Shown here: in pieces, positions 28,532-40,878 of the stretch | Numbering within the stretch: the stretch's first letter is position 1 | Layout: every line of letters begins with the position of its first letter | Origin: an uncultured Oscillospiraceae bacterium | GTDB lineage: Bacteria > Bacillota > Clostridia > Oscillospirales > Oscillospiraceae | Assembly: GCA_910585815.1 (NCBI GenBank) | Contig: CAJUFJ010000003.1 | Coordinates: forward strand, 17,696-81,695 | DNA length: 64,000 bases | Direction of reading: 5' to 3' | Translations under genes and position numbers: made by a program | Notes under the pieces: model-generated | The model's database searches: none | What the model was told of the DNA's origin: nothing | The model's input: the letters and a program-made list of their open reading frames with translations, nothing else

Positions 28532-29662
28532 TTACATCTCAATCAATTCATACGCTCTGGAGCCTAAGCCGATCTTCTCGGCGTGCTCCAGGCAGCTGCG
28601 CCACTCCGACTCCGGGGTGGAGTTGATAAAGTGGTCGTGGTGGTCGTGGAACTCCGGGTCGGCCAGGTGCTTGGCCAGCTGGCTGCCGGGCATGGGCTGG
28701 GCGGCCAGGCAGGCGTCCACACAGGCCTGGTCCAAAGCCAGGGGGTCGGTGGAGACGAACATGCCGATATTGGGCAAGATGGGCACGTCGTTCTCCCCGT
28801 GGCAGTCGCAGTTGGGGGACACATCCACAATCAGAGAGATGTGGAACTGGGGCCGGCCGTCCACCACCGCCTTGGTGTACTCCGCCATACGGCAGTTGAG
28901 GGCCGCCTGGGCGTTGTCGTTGGTGAAGTAGATGGCATCGAAGTTGCAGGCCCCCAGGCAGCGGCCGCAGCCCACGCAGTGGGCGTCGTCCACCCGCATC
29001 TTCCAGGTCTGCTCGTCAAAGACCAGTCCCCCGTTGGCGCACTCTCTCTGGCAGCGCATACAGCCCCGGCACCGCTTCTGGCTGATTTTGGGCTTTCCGC
29101 TGGCGTGCTGCTCCTTCTTCCCCGCCCGGGAGCCGCAGCCCATGCCTATGTTCTTGATGGTGCCGCCAAAGCCGGTCATCTCGTGGCCCTTGAAGTGGGT
29201 CAGGCTGATAAATACGTCGGCGTCCATGATGGCCCGGCCGATCTTGGCCTTTTCCACGTATTCGCCCCCCTCCACAGGGACTTCCACGTCGTCAGTACCC
29301 TTCAAGCCGTCGCCGATGAGGATGGGACAGCCCACGGTAAGAGGGGTAAAGCCGTTCTGCCAGGCGCACTCCAGGTGCTCCAGGGCGTTCTTCCGGCTGC
29401 CGGGGTACATGGTGTTGCAGTCAGTGAGGAAGGGCCTGCCCCCCAGCTCCTTGACCACGTCCACCACCGCTCGGGCATAGTTGGGCCGCAGATAGCTGAT
29501 GTTGCCCAGCTCGCCGAAGTGCATCTTAATGGCCACAAACTTGCCGTCCAAGTCCAGGTCAGCGATCCCCGCCTTCTTCATCAGCTTTTTCAGCTTGGTG
29601 GGCAGGCCGTCGCCAAAGGCCTCAGTGTGGAAATCAGTAAAATAAACCTTTGCTTTTTCCAT
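28532..29662 (-). CDS. DUF362 domain protein with 2x[4Fe-4S] ferredoxin insert
   Basis: CRGCMRCQRECANG and CVGCGRCLGACNFD cysteine clusters. The N-terminus is DUF362-like. Confidence 0.85.
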   Translation of the reverse strand: MEKAKVYFTDFHTEAFGDGLPTKLKKLMKKAGIADLDLDGKFVAIKMHFGELGNISYLRPNYARAVVDVVKELGGRPFLTDCNTMYPGSRKNALEHLECAWQNGFTPLTVGCPILIGDGLKGTDDVEVPVEGGEYVEKAKIGRAIMDADVFISLTHFKGHEMTGFGGTIKNIGMGCGSRAGKKEQHASGKPKISQKRCRGCMRCQRECANGGLVFDEQTWKMRVDDAHCVGCGRCLGACNFDAIYFTNDNAQAALNCRMAEYTKAVVDGRPQFHISLIVDVSPNCDCHGENDVPILPNIGMFVSTDPLALDQACVDACLAAQPMPGSQLAKHLADPEFHDHHDHFINSTPESEWRSCLEHAEKIGLGSRAYELIEM

Positions 29663-29732
29663 GATTGCCTCTCCTTCTAAGTAAATGTGGTAGAACTATA
29701 TCATATGAAGTGCCCTTTAAGTCAAGAGGAAA

Positions 29733-30674
29733 TTATGATTTTTCCCGTCTGCTCTCCAAAATCCCCGGAATGATGGCGCATAGGGAGCCGACCACAATGA
29801 GCACGATACCAAGGAACATGTTTTGGGTAATCTCCTCCCCGTGGACCGCCCAGCCTAAAATAGGCGACAGGGCGGGCTTGAAAAAGTAAACCAGCGACAC
29901 CACGCTGGCCGGCTGGTACTCCATGGCCAGAAAGTAGGCGCAGAAGCCAATCCCCGCAACCCCCACGGATACAAAGAGGACGTAGGGCAGATTTTGCAGG
30001 GTATAACCCGCAAAGACGGGGATGTTGGCGAAGCTCTCTAGGCCAACATCCTGAAACAACTGGGCTACCATCGGGATGTGGGAGAGCAGAATAAAGGCCA
30101 GCACAATCAGGCTGCCGAACAGGAAACCGAAGCATGTGACCACCGCCCCGCCGAACTCTGCCACCTTCCGCTTGCCCATCACTCCGTACAGGGAAAATAG
30201 CAAAGTGGACAGCAGGGCCAGGGCGGCGCCGGTCATGTTTACCCTGGTGTTCCAGGGGCTGATGATCACCACTGTGCCAATGATCTCCAGGGTCAGGGCG
30301 GCAATATGGCGGGGTTTGATAGGCTCTTTTAACAGGAAAAAGGCCAGAAACGCCACAAAAACCGGGTTACAGCTGAACATCAGCGCCGATACCGAGGAGC
30401 CGGTATAGCTCACCGCCATCTGCAAAATGGGCATACAGAGGGCAATACCGATAAGGCCCAGCAGGGCAAAATAGGCCATGGACTTGCCGTCCAGACGCTT
30501 CCCCCGCTTTTTCAGATTGTGCAGGGCCACCGGCAGCAGGAACACAAAGCCAATGGCAAACCGGCACAATGTCAGCTGGACCGGGTTGATCTGCCCGGCG
30601 ATGAATTTCAGCACCACCTCGAAGGAGGTGAACATCACCACCGCAATGGCGATATAGAAATAGCCCTTCTTCAT
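29733..30674 (-). CDS. DMT-superfamily (EamA) permease
   Basis: Ten hydrophobic segments. It lies 22 nt downstream of ligA on the same strand. Confidence 0.85.
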   Translation of the reverse strand: MKKGYFYIAIAVVMFTSFEVVLKFIAGQINPVQLTLCRFAIGFVFLLPVALHNLKKRGKRLDGKSMAYFALLGLIGIALCMPILQMAVSYTGSSVSALMFSCNPVFVAFLAFFLLKEPIKPRHIAALTLEIIGTVVIISPWNTRVNMTGAALALLSTLLFSLYGVMGKRKVAEFGGAVVTCFGFLFGSLIVLAFILLSHIPMVAQLFQDVGLESFANIPVFAGYTLQNLPYVLFVSVGVAGIGFCAYFLAMEYQPASVVSLVYFFKPALSPILGWAVHGEEITQNMFLGIVLIVVGSLCAIIPGILESRREKS

Positions 30675-30696
30675 GGGAAACCTCCCCCCTTCTCTC

Positions 30697-33355
<2,659 letters not shown>

Positions 33356-33373
33356 GCGCGTCCTCTCCTTTGT

Positions 33374-34081
33374 TCATTGCTGTCCTAACTGTAAATAGGT
33401 ATCCGGCACCTTGCCCACGATTACCGTCTCAGCCACACACAGCCGGGTGTGGAGGGCGGTCTCCACCTCCCCGCCGGGGAGCAGTAGGGTCATGGGGACG
33501 TCCACCTCCAGCCAGATGCGGTGGAGGGTCTGGTTCACCCCGGCGGAGGTGAACTGGCTGTCGAACTCCGCCCGCACCGTGCCTACTGTCATGGTCTTCG
33601 CCTTCAGCGCCGGACCCTTGGCCCACAGGGGCTCCAGGTCAAAGAGGCTGCCTAGGGGCACCTGGACGTCGGACACGTCCACCCCCTTCAGCGCATCCAG
33701 GATAGCGGCGGTGAGCTCCGACCGGAGCAGGTTCATCCGGGCCATGTCTGTGGTCAGGGCGGTGATGGCGCCCCCCTCGTCCCGCTGGATGGTGACAAAA
33801 TCGACGTAGCTCACTTGACGGGCGGCCAGGTCGGCGGTGACGGCGTTTTCCACCACGGCAGTCATGTTGTTTTGCGCCTGGGCGGCGGCAATCTCCGCCA
33901 CCACCGGGCGCAGCTTGTTCTCCAGCAGGGCAATCACCGATGCCGCCACCACCAGGGCCACCCCCAAGGTAAGAAGTACTGGGGGGATTCGCGGCGCGGG
34001 GCCGGAGCCCGTCCAAACCGGCCGCCGGCGCCTTATCGGCCTGCGCATACTCCGGACAAACTCCCGCCGCCAGGGCCCCAT
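33374..34081 (-). CDS. yunB: sporulation protein YunB-like
   Basis: N-terminal TM segment plus SAGVNQTLHRIWLEV and VIVGKVPDTY motifs. Confidence 0.75.
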   Translation of the reverse strand: MGPWRREFVRSMRRPIRRRRPVWTGSGPAPRIPPVLLTLGVALVVAASVIALLENKLRPVVAEIAAAQAQNNMTAVVENAVTADLAARQVSYVDFVTIQRDEGGAITALTTDMARMNLLRSELTAAILDALKGVDVSDVQVPLGSLFDLEPLWAKGPALKAKTMTVGTVRAEFDSQFTSAGVNQTLHRIWLEVDVPMTLLLPGGEVETALHTRLCVAETVIVGKVPDTYLQLGQQ

Positions 34082-34138
34082 ATCCTCACCCCCCTATTAT
34101 AAGGTAAGGATATTCTAAAGCCGGCTTGGCCTATGCAT

Positions 34139-34465
34139 CTACCAGTCCCGTTCCCGGATGGCCTCCTCCACGTCGATTGGAATACCAAACCACTCCAAAA
34201 TGTAGCCCACAGTTGTCCCGATACAGTCGCGGGCCACGGTCTCGATCTCGCTGTCGTTCTCGTCAAATTCATCTTGCAGGTCGTTCACCGCACAGACCGC
34301 CTCGTCCAGCTTCTCCTGGATGACCTCAGTGTCAGTTTCGCCGCGCTCCAGTATGTCAATAACCTTCTGAAGCTCCGCCTTCACCTTGTCCACCAGAAAA
34401 TCAGGGTAGTACTCGTCCTGGTACATTTCATCCAACAGCTTATAGTTCGAGTCAAACGCTTTCAT
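34139..34465 (-). CDS. DUF5713-like protein
   Basis: YYPDFLVDK...DSEIETVARDCIG...RDW pattern. Confidence 0.7.
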   Translation of the reverse strand: MKAFDSNYKLLDEMYQDEYYPDFLVDKVKAELQKVIDILERGETDTEVIQEKLDEAVCAVNDLQDEFDENDSEIETVARDCIGTTVGYILEWFGIPIDVEEAIRERDW

Positions 34466-34505
34466 TTCTGTTCTCCTTTTTCATGAAATGTGTTTTGCTC
34501 TTTTG

Positions 34506-35095
34506 TTACTCAACGTCAAAGGTCATTTCTTCTTCATCATAAAGTTCGCCCGCAAAAAAGCAGCGCGCTAAATCTTCAAAGCTTTGAAAAAACGGAAGCG
34601 CCCACTTTAGAATATCTGCTCTGGTCTCCTCTTTTGGCGTTGGACGTACCCGCGCCATGTCCACTTGATACACCTGCTCGGTTTGCAAATCCAATAAAAC
34701 GTATTTTTCTTCATCGTATAAACCCAAATAGAGGAAACCTGTTCCGATAAATATTTCATTCTCCCTTTCAAATTCACGCAAATCAGTATTTGGAAACATG
34801 AACGGGAGCTGTAGAATTCTAGTTGAAATATCTTCTTCAATCTCCATCTCACGCCACCTGCCGGTCTCTTCACAGTAGGTTTGTGAAAAGTCACCCAGCA
34901 GCTTTCCCGTAATAAATGGGACAGAGAATATATAAGATTGAAAATAGTCTTTCACCGCAGCTGGTATGGTGATTGGAGCTTGTTTTCAAGCTCGACTATA
35001 TCTTGGTCAGAAATTGTTGATCTTTCCAGCTTTACCTCTGGATGCCTATGGCCAAATGCTTCTATCGCAATTTGGATGTTATTTTTTTCTTCCAT
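34506..35095 (-). pseudogene. SMI1/KNR4 (SUKH)-like gene split by a frameshift
   Basis: A 47-aa ORF (35095-34952) ends ...DIVELENKLQSPYQLR*. It overlaps the GTG start (34955) of the 149-aa ORF. The other frame reads KQAPITIPAAVKDYFQSY, the usual SUKH-type motif. Confidence 0.5.
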
Positions 35096-35117
35096 TGTAC
35101 GCCTCCCCTTGAGACTG

Positions 35118-35648
35118 TCATTTTATAAAATAGTCAACTTCCTGATCCAATAACGCTAAAAAATCGGAAAGAGAATCTGCTATTTTGTAGGCAGGCGAAA
35201 GGTAATATATGGCGCCATCGGCAACTCCCATATAAAGCAAGCTATCTTCTTCCCCGAAAAGGCAGAATGCCAGAAGCTTATTTTCTTCTAAGTTTTCCCA
35301 CGCAATTTGGCGGTAAGTGATAAAATCATCAGGTATTTCTTCATGATCCGGCTCAAAATATAAATCTAAAATTTCTTCTGGAGCAAGGACTCTGTAAATT
35401 CCTTTCTTTTGCTTCAGATTGAACCAAAGAAAACCATACCCGAAGTTTTTATAAAATGTTCTCAATTCTTCAGGAATTTCTATCTCTAATTGATTCAGAA
35501 GCTTGTACAAAATAGTGCTTTTCATTGCGGCACGCAGATATATCATCCCAGTTTTGATGCACATACGTTTTGAACTGTTCATCCATCGCGGTTGTCTCCT
35601 CTCAATCAGGAAGTGCCCAGCAGCATTTTCACAAAATCTCAATTTCAC
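35118..35648 (-). CDS. SMI1/KNR4 (SUKH)-like protein
   Basis: LEIEIPEELRTFYKNFGYG motif. Start is uncertain; the internal ATG at 35525 (MKSTILYK) is plausible. Confidence 0.65.
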   Translation of the reverse strand: MKLRFCENAAGHFLIERRQPRWMNSSKRMCIKTGMIYLRAAMKSTILYKLLNQLEIEIPEELRTFYKNFGYGFLWFNLKQKKGIYRVLAPEEILDLYFEPDHEEIPDDFITYRQIAWENLEENKLLAFCLFGEEDSLLYMGVADGAIYYLSPAYKIADSLSDFLALLDQEVDYFIK

Positions 35649-35946
35649 TTATCTGATGCATCTGATTGTCCACAATAGATACCGAGAATAAGACTTGTTT
35701 GATATCTGCCAAGCTGTGCGCTAACAAATGATATATTTTGCAGGCATCATTTTCTTCCTGCCCACTGCTGAAATAGCAGTCATAAAAAGCGTCTAAATCG
35801 TGGGGAAAATCCATAGAATCAAACTTAATTGTTTGAACTTGCTCCATTAGCCACTGCTCTATTTCCGTCTGATTTGTTAAAGCCATTTCCAAAATGTCGC
35901 AAACATCGTCTATCGCATTAGCAGAACGAAAACTAACCTTTACCAT
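35629..35946 (-). CDS. hypothetical protein
   Basis: AT-rich ORF. The ATG at 35946 avoids overlap with the upstream gene end at 35951. Confidence 0.5.
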   Translation of the reverse strand: MVKVSFRSANAIDDVCDILEMALTNQTEIEQWLMEQVQTIKFDSMDFPHDLDAFYDCYFSSGQEENDACKIYHLLAHSLADIKQVLFSVSIVDNQMHQISEIEIL

Positions 35947-35950
35947 GCAA

Positions 35951-37210
35951 TCACCTGCTAAATGAATCCCCAAGCAGCTCCTGAACCGCCAGCAGAACGC
36001 CCAGCCGCCCGGACTCGAAGGTGAGCCCCCCCTGGAGGTAGACGGTATAGGGCTCCCGCATGGGGGCGTCGGCGGACAGCTCGATGGACGCCCCCTGGAT
36101 AAAGGCCCCCGCCGCCATGATGACCTGGCAGTCGTAGCCCGGCATATCCCAGGGCTCCGGGGTGACGTAGGAGTCCACCGGCGCGCCGAACTGGATGCCC
36201 TTACAGAACTTTTTCAGGGCTTCCGGCTCCCGCATGTGGATCATCTGGATGATGTCGTGGCGGACCGCCGAGGAGTGTGGCTGGGTCTCGTAGCCCAGCA
36301 GCTCCATCACCTTTGCGGCGAAGACGGCGGTTTTCACCGCCTGGGCCACCGTGTGGGAGGCCAGGAACAGCCCCTGGTAGAGCAGCCGGTTCTGGCCCAG
36401 AGTGCAGCCGCACTCCCCACCGATGCCGGGCACGGTGAGCCGCATAGCGGCCCCCTCCACCAGGTCCCGCCGGCCGGCGATATAGCCTCCGGTGGGGGCG
36501 AGGCCGCCGCCGGGATTTTTAATCAGAGAGCCCACCACCAAGTCGGCCCCCACATGGGTGGGCTCGATGGCCTCCACAAACTCGCCGTAGCAGTTATCCA
36601 CCAGAATGGCGGCGCTGGGGTTGGCCTCCTTAATCACACGGCACATCTCCCCGATCTCCTCCACCGACAGGGAGGCGCGGGTGGAATACCCCTTGGAGCG
36701 CTGGATCAGCACCGCCTTTACGCGGGGGTCGGCGGCGGCTCTGGCCATCTCGTCCAGGTCTGGTTTGTTGTCAAGGAGTTCTACTTGCCTATACTCCACG
36801 CCGTAGTCTTTCAGGGAGCCATGGCCCTTGTCCACCGCCCCCACTACCCCCAACAGAGTGTCGTAGGGCGCGCCCACGGCGGACAACAGCACATCACCAC
36901 TTTTCAGGGCTCCAAACAGGGCGCAGGCGATGGCATGGGTGCCGTTAACGAACTGGATGCGCACCAGTGCGGCCTCGGTGCCGAAGATATCGGCGTAGAT
37001 TTCGTCCAGCTTGTCCCGGCCCAGGTCATCGTAGCCGTAGCCAGTGGTGCCGGCAAAATAGCCATCTGCCACCCGGTGCTTTTGAAAGGCAGCCAGCACC
37101 CGGGCGGTGTTCTCCTGGGCGATGGCGTCAATGAGGGAAAATTCCTCGGTCAGCTGGCCCTGGGCCTGGTCACCCAGGGCTTTGACGCGGTCATTTATCT
37201 GTAAAAGCAT
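35951..37210 (-). CDS. methionine gamma-lyase family (YnbB-like) PLP enzyme
   Basis: GTTGYGYDD.GRD near the N-terminus and a Cys/Met-metabolism PLP fold pattern. Confidence 0.85.
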   Translation of the reverse strand: MLLQINDRVKALGDQAQGQLTEEFSLIDAIAQENTARVLAAFQKHRVADGYFAGTTGYGYDDLGRDKLDEIYADIFGTEAALVRIQFVNGTHAIACALFGALKSGDVLLSAVGAPYDTLLGVVGAVDKGHGSLKDYGVEYRQVELLDNKPDLDEMARAAADPRVKAVLIQRSKGYSTRASLSVEEIGEMCRVIKEANPSAAILVDNCYGEFVEAIEPTHVGADLVVGSLIKNPGGGLAPTGGYIAGRRDLVEGAAMRLTVPGIGGECGCTLGQNRLLYQGLFLASHTVAQAVKTAVFAAKVMELLGYETQPHSSAVRHDIIQMIHMREPEALKKFCKGIQFGAPVDSYVTPEPWDMPGYDCQVIMAAGAFIQGASIELSADAPMREPYTVYLQGGLTFESGRLGVLLAVQELLGDSFSR

Positions 37211-37236
37211 TTCACTTGTCAGTCCTTCTGTTTCAA

Positions 37237-38622
37237 TTATAAATCATTCACCAGCCGTTTAAACGCCTTGCCGCGTTCCATGAAGTTCTTAAAGCGGTCG
37301 AAGGCGGCGCAGGCCGGGGACAGCACCACCACATCTCCCTCCCGGGCAATCTCTCGGGCGGCGGATACGGCGGCAGCCAGGTCGTCGGTCTCAACGAGCC
37401 GCAGGCCGCTTTCCATATAGCCCTCGGCCTCCTCTACCGCCTTCTTGATGGCGGGGGCGGTATCGCCGGTGAGAATCAGGGCCTTGACTTGGCGAACAAT
37501 CTCCACCCCAAGCTGAGTAAAGGGGACACCCTTGTCATATCCGCCGGCAATTAGAATCAGCTTCTGGTCGAAGGAGTCCAGGCAGGCCATGGTGCGGGTG
37601 GGGCTGGTGCCGATGGAGTCGTTATAGTAGCGGACCCCGTCCAGTTCCCGCACCAACTCGATGCGGTGCTCCACCCCGGTAAACCGCTGGGCCACTGCCC
37701 GGACGCACTTGTCGGGGACGATGCCGTCCACCGCGGCGATAGCGGCCATGTAGTTCTCGATGTTGTGCACGCCGGGAATCTGAATGTCCGTCAGCGGCAG
37801 GACCTCCCTGCTGCCCATGTGGTTGGTCAGCCAGATAGCGCCGTCCCGAAGGTACACCCCCTCCTCCAGCTTCTGCTTGCGGCTAAACAGCATCGCCTGT
37901 CCGACAGCGGTCTTGGCCAGGGACCGGGTGATGTCATTGTCGTAGTTGAAGATGGCCCGGTCCTCCGGCTTCTGATGGCAGAAGATATTCAGCTTGGCTC
38001 TTGTGTACTCCTCCATGGTGTGGTGGTAGTCCAGATGGTTGGGGGACAGATTGGTGAACACCGCTACATTGGGACTGCGGTCCATACTCATCAGCTGGAA
38101 GGAGGACAGCTCCACCGCCGCCACGTCCTCTGCGGTCATACCATCCACATCGGGCAGCAGGGGCCGGCCGATATTGCCCCCCAGATAGACGTTGAGGCCC
38201 GCCTCCTTTAAAAACTCGCTGATAAGGGTGGTGGTGGTGGTCTTACCGTCGCTGCCCGTCACACCGATAATCCTGCAGGGGCACAGCCGGAAAAACAGCT
38301 CCATCTCAGAGGTGAGGATACTCCCCCCCTCCAACGCCTTTTGCAGTTCCGGTGTGTTGGGACTGAGGCCGGGAGTGCGGAAAATGACGTCAGCCCGGTG
38401 TATTTTAGCCAGGTAGTCGGAGCCCAGCCGCAGCTTGGCCCCCAGGCTCTCCAGCTCAGAGGCCTGCTCCTCCACGCGCTCCCGGGGGGACTTATCGCAA
38501 ACCGTCACCTTCAGCTCCGCCCGCAGGAGCATACGAATCAGCGGGGTATTGCTCACGCCCATGCCGATTACGGCAATGGACTTGCCCCGCAGGCTCTCCA
38601 AATATTCAGACATGGTGGACAT
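37237..38622 (-). CDS. murD: UDP-N-acetylmuramoylalanine--D-glutamate ligase
   Basis: GMGVSN Rossmann N-terminus and GVTGSDGKTTTT P-loop. The ATG at 38622 follows GGAAGGAGG. Confidence 0.93.
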   Translation of the reverse strand: MSTMSEYLESLRGKSIAVIGMGVSNTPLIRMLLRAELKVTVCDKSPRERVEEQASELESLGAKLRLGSDYLAKIHRADVIFRTPGLSPNTPELQKALEGGSILTSEMELFFRLCPCRIIGVTGSDGKTTTTTLISEFLKEAGLNVYLGGNIGRPLLPDVDGMTAEDVAAVELSSFQLMSMDRSPNVAVFTNLSPNHLDYHHTMEEYTRAKLNIFCHQKPEDRAIFNYDNDITRSLAKTAVGQAMLFSRKQKLEEGVYLRDGAIWLTNHMGSREVLPLTDIQIPGVHNIENYMAAIAAVDGIVPDKCVRAVAQRFTGVEHRIELVRELDGVRYYNDSIGTSPTRTMACLDSFDQKLILIAGGYDKGVPFTQLGVEIVRQVKALILTGDTAPAIKKAVEEAEGYMESGLRLVETDDLAAAVSAAREIAREGDVVVLSPACAAFDRFKNFMERGKAFKRLVNDL

Positions 38623-38746
38623 AGAACGTCCTCCTTCCATAATTTTCTTCCGATTAAATATATTACCATATTCCCCCGGATAATTCAATCATAACCACAG
38701 AGAAAAGCCCGCGCGGTATCATACCGTGCGGGCCGTTCTTCCGTCT

Positions 38747-39178
38747 TTATGCCAGTTGCAATTCCCGAATCTCCTGGCTGTGGCGCTTCACCACCAGCTC
38801 CAGCACCTCGGTTCTGTCCTTGAGAGGGTCGTACTCCTCGTTTGGAACAAAGCGGTCCCAAAGGGCCTGCTGGCCCTCCAGAAGCAAATTCATGGTCCGC
38901 TTCTGCTCTGTGTCCATGTAGATGCGGATGCCGTTTACCTTTTCTTCCAGCTCCTCCGTCCGGCTCTCCAGCTTATCCATTCCCAGCTCCAGCTGTTTGA
39001 TTCGGGACTCCAGCTGGTCCATTCTGCTCTCCAGGCGGTCTATATTCAATTCCAGCCGGTCCATTCTGCTGTCCAGGCGCTGGATGCTGCCCTTCAGCTC
39101 GCAAATATCCTGGCGGACAGGGTCCAGCTTGGCCTCTATGACCTGGCCAATGGCTTGAAGCAGCTCCTGATCTGTCAT
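38747..39178 (-). CDS. coiled-coil protein with 14-residue tandem repeats
   Basis: LDSRMDRLELNIDR / LESRMDQLESRIKQ / LELGMDKLESRTEE correspond to 42-bp DNA repeats around 38970-39090. A terminator hairpin lies downstream at about 38712-38742. Confidence 0.65.
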   Translation of the reverse strand: MTDQELLQAIGQVIEAKLDPVRQDICELKGSIQRLDSRMDRLELNIDRLESRMDQLESRIKQLELGMDKLESRTEELEEKVNGIRIYMDTEQKRTMNLLLEGQQALWDRFVPNEEYDPLKDRTEVLELVVKRHSQEIRELQLA

Positions 39179-39197
39179 GGTACTCTCTCCTTATCTG

Positions 39198-40094
39198 TCA
39201 CGCCCGGGGGTGGGCCTTTTTGTATACATCCTTGATTTTCTGGTTAATCAGCTTGGAGTAAATCTGAGTGGACGAGATATCCGCATGGCCCAGCATCTCC
39301 TGAATGGACCGCAGGTCGGCCCCGTTCTCCAGCAAGTGGGCGGCGAAGGAATGGCGCAGGGTGTGGGGCGTAATGTCCTTCTGAATGCCCGCCTTCTCCT
39401 GATAATATTTAATCAGCTTCCAGAAGCCCTGACGGCTCATCCGCTCGCCGCTCATGTTCACAAAAAGGGCCGTCTCATCCACCGAATCCACCAGCTGGGG
39501 CCGCACGCTGTTTATATACTCCCCCAAGGCCCGGATCGCCGTGGGATACAGGGGGATGACGCGCTCCCGGCCCTTGCTGAAGCATTTCAGCACCCCGCCG
39601 GGCAGGTTCAGGTCGTCCACATCCAGCTCGATGAGCTCGCTGACCCGGATGCCCGTGGCATAGAGCAGCTCCAGCATGGCCCGGTCCCGGTAGCCCTTTA
39701 AATCGGTGCATTCGGGCTGTTCTAAAAACAGCTCCACCTCTTTGCTGGTAAGCACCTGAGGCAGCTTGCGCTCCACCCTGGCGGGGGCCACCCCCTTCGC
39801 CGGATTCTGGCCCACATATCCCTTGCCAATCAGGCAGGTGTAAAAGGACTTGATGGAGGCCACCGACCGGGTGACAGTGGCAGGGGACTTCCCCCGCTTC
39901 ACCAGGGAGTTGGCATAGTCCTCCACGTCGCGGGCCACCACCTGGGTGAGGTCCACCCCCCGGCCATCCATCGCCGTGGCAAACTGGTTGACGTCACGGA
40001 GGTAGGAGCTGACTGTGTTGGCCGAGGCCTGCTTTTCAATTTTTAAAAAGTCCTCATAGGCCAACAGCAGTTCAGACACGTCCACAACTCCCAA
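39198..40094 (-). CDS. xerD: tyrosine recombinase XerD-like
   Basis: LRHSFAAHLLENGADLRSIQEMLGHADISSTQIY catalytic region and a SAM-like N-domain. Confidence 0.88.
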   Translation of the reverse strand: MGVVDVSELLLAYEDFLKIEKQASANTVSSYLRDVNQFATAMDGRGVDLTQVVARDVEDYANSLVKRGKSPATVTRSVASIKSFYTCLIGKGYVGQNPAKGVAPARVERKLPQVLTSKEVELFLEQPECTDLKGYRDRAMLELLYATGIRVSELIELDVDDLNLPGGVLKCFSKGRERVIPLYPTAIRALGEYINSVRPQLVDSVDETALFVNMSGERMSRQGFWKLIKYYQEKAGIQKDITPHTLRHSFAAHLLENGADLRSIQEMLGHADISSTQIYSKLINQKIKDVYKKAHPRA

Positions 40095-40109
40095 CCTTTG
40101 TTACAGATG

Positions 40110-40742
40110 TTACAGAATCACGCGGGACAATCCTCGCAGCAGCACCGGGACCACCCAGTACTCCAGCAGGCCGGCCCCCAGGGTCAGGCCCGTGCACACA
40201 CCGGCCCGGCACCAGCAGCCCCCGCTGTTCAGGGGCGTGCCTCCCCGGCCCTCTCCCACAGACCGGCGCAGCAGCTGCTGTGCCGAGAGGAGCCCCGGAA
40301 CCCCCGTCAAAAACATGGCGGGCGCCCACAGCAGGGCGGGCAGGCCAGACAGAACGAGGGCCGGAAGCAGTCCCCTTCCCCCGAACACCCGGCAGAAGCA
40401 GGCCGCCGAAAAGGAGAGAAAGAACCCCCGCACACCAAAGAGCACCGGCAGACCCACAACGCCTAGAGCGGTCACGCTGAGGATCAGGGCGGCCAGCAGA
40501 TACTTTACCTGCCCCCAGAGCACCGTCCAGAGGCCACGGGGGAGGCTGCCATCCCGGGCCAGCGCCAGATAGCCGGTCAGATAGCTGCCCAGCTCCTCCG
40601 CGCCAGCCCCGCCGGACAGCCCGGCCAGCAGACAGCCGGCGGCCCCTCCGACGAAAAAAGCGACGGCCAGCAGGGCCAGGGCGCCGCTCTGCTCCGACGG
40701 CAAGTCCCACTTTTTGCGGATCCTCATTCCCATAGATGTCAC
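40110..40742 (-). CDS. spoIIM: stage II sporulation protein M-like membrane protein
   Basis: About 210 aa with about five TM segments, directly upstream of xerD as in many Firmicutes. Confidence 0.7.
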   Translation of the reverse strand: MTSMGMRIRKKWDLPSEQSGALALLAVAFFVGGAAGCLLAGLSGGAGAEELGSYLTGYLALARDGSLPRGLWTVLWGQVKYLLAALILSVTALGVVGLPVLFGVRGFFLSFSAACFCRVFGGRGLLPALVLSGLPALLWAPAMFLTGVPGLLSAQQLLRRSVGEGRGGTPLNSGGCWCRAGVCTGLTLGAGLLEYWVVPVLLRGLSRVIL

Positions 40743-40878
40743 CTCAGCAACAGCCTATGAGAGGGGTGAAAAAAATAGACGTGGATTTCACCCTTCGGGC
40801 ACTCCCTACTATAGCGCGTTCCGCTCCTTTTCGCAAGGGGGTTTTGCGATTTTCTCCATTTTTGCCAATTCTATCAAC

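Noticed and set aside
40072-40742. Alternative-frame ORFs of 212, 126 and 122 aa over the spoIIM region.
   Set aside because: They are Arg/Gly/Pro-rich off-frame products of a GC-rich membrane-protein gene. The 210-aa frame gives coherent TM helices.
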